Positions 61,960 to 64,000 of a stretch of 64,000 nucleotides of DNA are shown here, piece after piece. How positions within the stretch are numbered: the stretch's first letter is position 1; each line of letters opens with the position of its first letter. The translations under genes were made by a program, and so were the position numbers. The DNA is from the human T2T-CHM13v2.0 reference genome, Homo sapiens. The stretch lies in the NCBI RefSeq assembly GCF_009914755.1, contig NC_060941.1. One strand, given 5' to 3'. The notes under the pieces were generated by a model. It saw nothing but the letters and a program-made list of their open reading frames with translations, did not search any database and was not told where the DNA came from.

Positions 61960-61972
61960 TGTGTGTCTGTGT
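61923..61972. repeat. (TG)n microsatellite
   Basis: Direct observation. Confidence 0.95.
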
Positions 61973-62412
61973 TAAGGGAGATATATGGGAACTCTCTGTA
62001 CTTTCCACTCAATTTTTATGTAAAATGCTCTAAAAAATAAAGCTTATTACAAAAAAAAGTGATGAGGAAGAATAATAATTCCCTAACTCTCAAAGAATTA
62101 CAAATAACATGACCCTTCTGAAAAACAAATAAGATTAAAGAATAGACATGTTCATATAAAATGCTAAAAAACAACAGAAGAAATAGAAAAGCAAGCTGCT
62201 GACAGACAGATGGCAGAAAAGTGTGAAAGAGAAGAACAAAATGACAAAATAAAAAAAGAATGAAAATAATTGAATTGTTCAGAGATCAACTAGACAGGCC
62301 AAAGGAAATGATACACACATTACAAATTGGAGAACATCTAAGATTTGAAACTATTATACAGAAAAGTATAAGCATGAAAGACAAAGGAGATATATTGGGT
62401 TCATAATTAGTA

Positions 62413-63162
62413 TAGTCATATATTGCTTAATGACAGGAATACCTCTGAGAAGTGTGTAGTTGGTCATTTTGTTGTTATACAAACATCACAGAGTGTATTT
62501 ACATGAACCTAGATGGCATAGCCTACTACACACCTAGGCTATATGGTACAGCCTATTGCTTCTAAGCTACAAACCTGTAGAGCATGTTACTGTACTGAAT
62601 ACTGTAGGCAATCGTAGCACAAGGGTGTTTGTGTATCTAAGATACAGTAAAAATAGTATTTTTATTTTTTTTATTATTTTACTTTAAGTTCTAGGGTACA
62701 TGTGCACAACGTGCAGGTTTTTTACATATGTATACATGTGCCATGTTGGTGTGCTGCACCCATTAACTCATCATTTACATTAGGTATATCTCCTAATGCT
62801 ATCCCTTCCCCCTCCCCCCATCCCCCAGCAGGCCCTGGTGCGTGATGTTCCCCACCCTGTGTCCATGTGTTATCATTGTTCAATTCCCACCTATGAGTGA
62901 GAACGTGCGGTGTTTGATTTTCTGTCCCTGTGATAGTTGGCTCAGAATGATGGTTTCCAGCTTCATCCATGTCCCTATAAAGGACATGAACTCATCCTTT
63001 TTTATGGCTGCATAGTATTCCATGGTGTGTATGTGCCACATTTTCTTAATCCAGTCTATCATTGATGGACATTTGGGTTGGTTCCAAAAACACAGTATTA
63101 TAATCTTATGGGACCACTGTCTTATATGTGGTCCTTTTGTTGTTTTGCAGCACATGACCACA
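62413..63162. mobile_element. Tigger3a/MER7A split by an L1PA
   Basis: acctagatggcatagcctactacacacctaggctatatggt...ataatcttatgggaccac. Confidence 0.8.
62659..63087 (-). mobile_element. 5'-truncated L1PA (PA4/5-like) 3' end
   Basis: ORF 62880..63242 contains the L1 ORF2p C-terminus WNQPKCPSMIDWIKKMWHIHTMEYYAAIKKDEFMSF. Confidence 0.93.
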
Positions 63163-63631
63163 TTCTGAAAAATAGAACAAAACAAGCAAAATAGAAAAAA
63201 AAAAAACCTAAAAATATACTCCTTAAGTAGTGAGTAAACCATAAAGCTGGAAACATATTATGTTTCAATTAAAACTGATATGGAAAAGCCACATCAAAAT
63301 AGCTGCTAGTGAAGTTATTCAGCTTTAAAAACAGCAGATAATTTGAGTCACAGTTTTGGAAAAGCATGTTTTGCAAACTTCTTCCCTTGAATTCAACTGT
63401 AAAGATGCCACCGAAGCAAGAGATCCCAGACTTTAGGGTGGGGAAAACACCAGAAACCTTAGGAAGGTAGAAGGTTTTTGTATTTCATTGTGGGGAAGAA
63501 AAATGGTACCTAAAGTAGAAGGGGGCCAGTTACCACCATAGGAAATAGGTGAAGGAGGAGCTTTGTTCCCCCATCACCTCCCCTACATGTAACTACAAGG
63601 TAAGGAAGCAGCAATTAGAAATTACAGTGCT

Positions 63632-63934
63632 AGCTGGGGTGTGGTGGCTCACACCTATAATCCCAGCACTCTGGGAGGCCAAGGCAGGAGGATTGCTTGA
63701 GTCCAGGAGTTAGAGACCAGCCTGGGCAACATAGTGAGACTCCATCTCCACAAAAAATAAGCAAAATTATCTGCGTGTGGTAGCACACACCAGAAGTCTC
63801 AGCTACTCAGGAGGCTGAGGCGGGAGCATTGCTTAAACCCAGAGTTCAAGGCTATAATGAGCCATGATGGCACACTGCACTCCAGCCTGGGTGACAGAGT
63901 GAGACCCTGTCTCAAAAAAGAAAAGAAAAGAAAT
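63632..63934 (+). mobile_element. AluJ
   Basis: gaggattgcttgagtccaggagtt...(gaaaa)n tail. Confidence 0.9.
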
Positions 63935-64000
63935 AATATACCCTGAGCTCAGGTACTTGAAGTTTCCCTGACAGTGGGAGTCATCTGAAGTTAGTAGGAA

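Larger units (their letters stand above)
60410..62058 (+). mobile_element. L1MC 3' region with nested LTRs
   Basis: gcaaggatgtggagcaacaggaactc...aatgtacaacacca...gggaactctctgtactttc. Confidence 0.8.

Overview
Primate (very probably human or great ape) genomic DNA, dense in interspersed repeats: more than 25 Alu/FAM copies, old and young L1, L2, MIR, MaLR/ERV solo LTRs, and Tigger/MER DNA transposons. The only convincing protein-coding gene is a small 3-exon minus-strand gene (CDS 8599-8338, 8196-8048, 7777-7622; 188 aa; AATAAA at 7464-7459) that I recognise from memory as CDRT15. That would place the window at 17p12 between COX10 and HS3ST3B1, neither of which is in the window. Most notable observations: (1) CDRT15 intron 2 needs a non-canonical GC donor, is 270 nt (in frame), reads open for 82 codons and ends in a frame-broken hydrophobic segment, so it looks like former coding sequence turned into an intron. 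(2) A ~30-unit degenerate 18-bp minisatellite rich in CACCTG E-boxes lies just upstream of the gene. (3) Between 27.6 and 41.1 kb there is a cluster of short insertions copied from sequence 0.3-2.6 kb away, resembling templated DNA-repair scars. (4) There is a poly(A)-only retro-insertion with a perfect target-site duplication (TSD). Repeat subfamily names are by-eye recognition, and boundaries are approximate unless a TSD is quoted. I found no prokaryotic-type system, CRISPR array, tRNA or rRNA gene.
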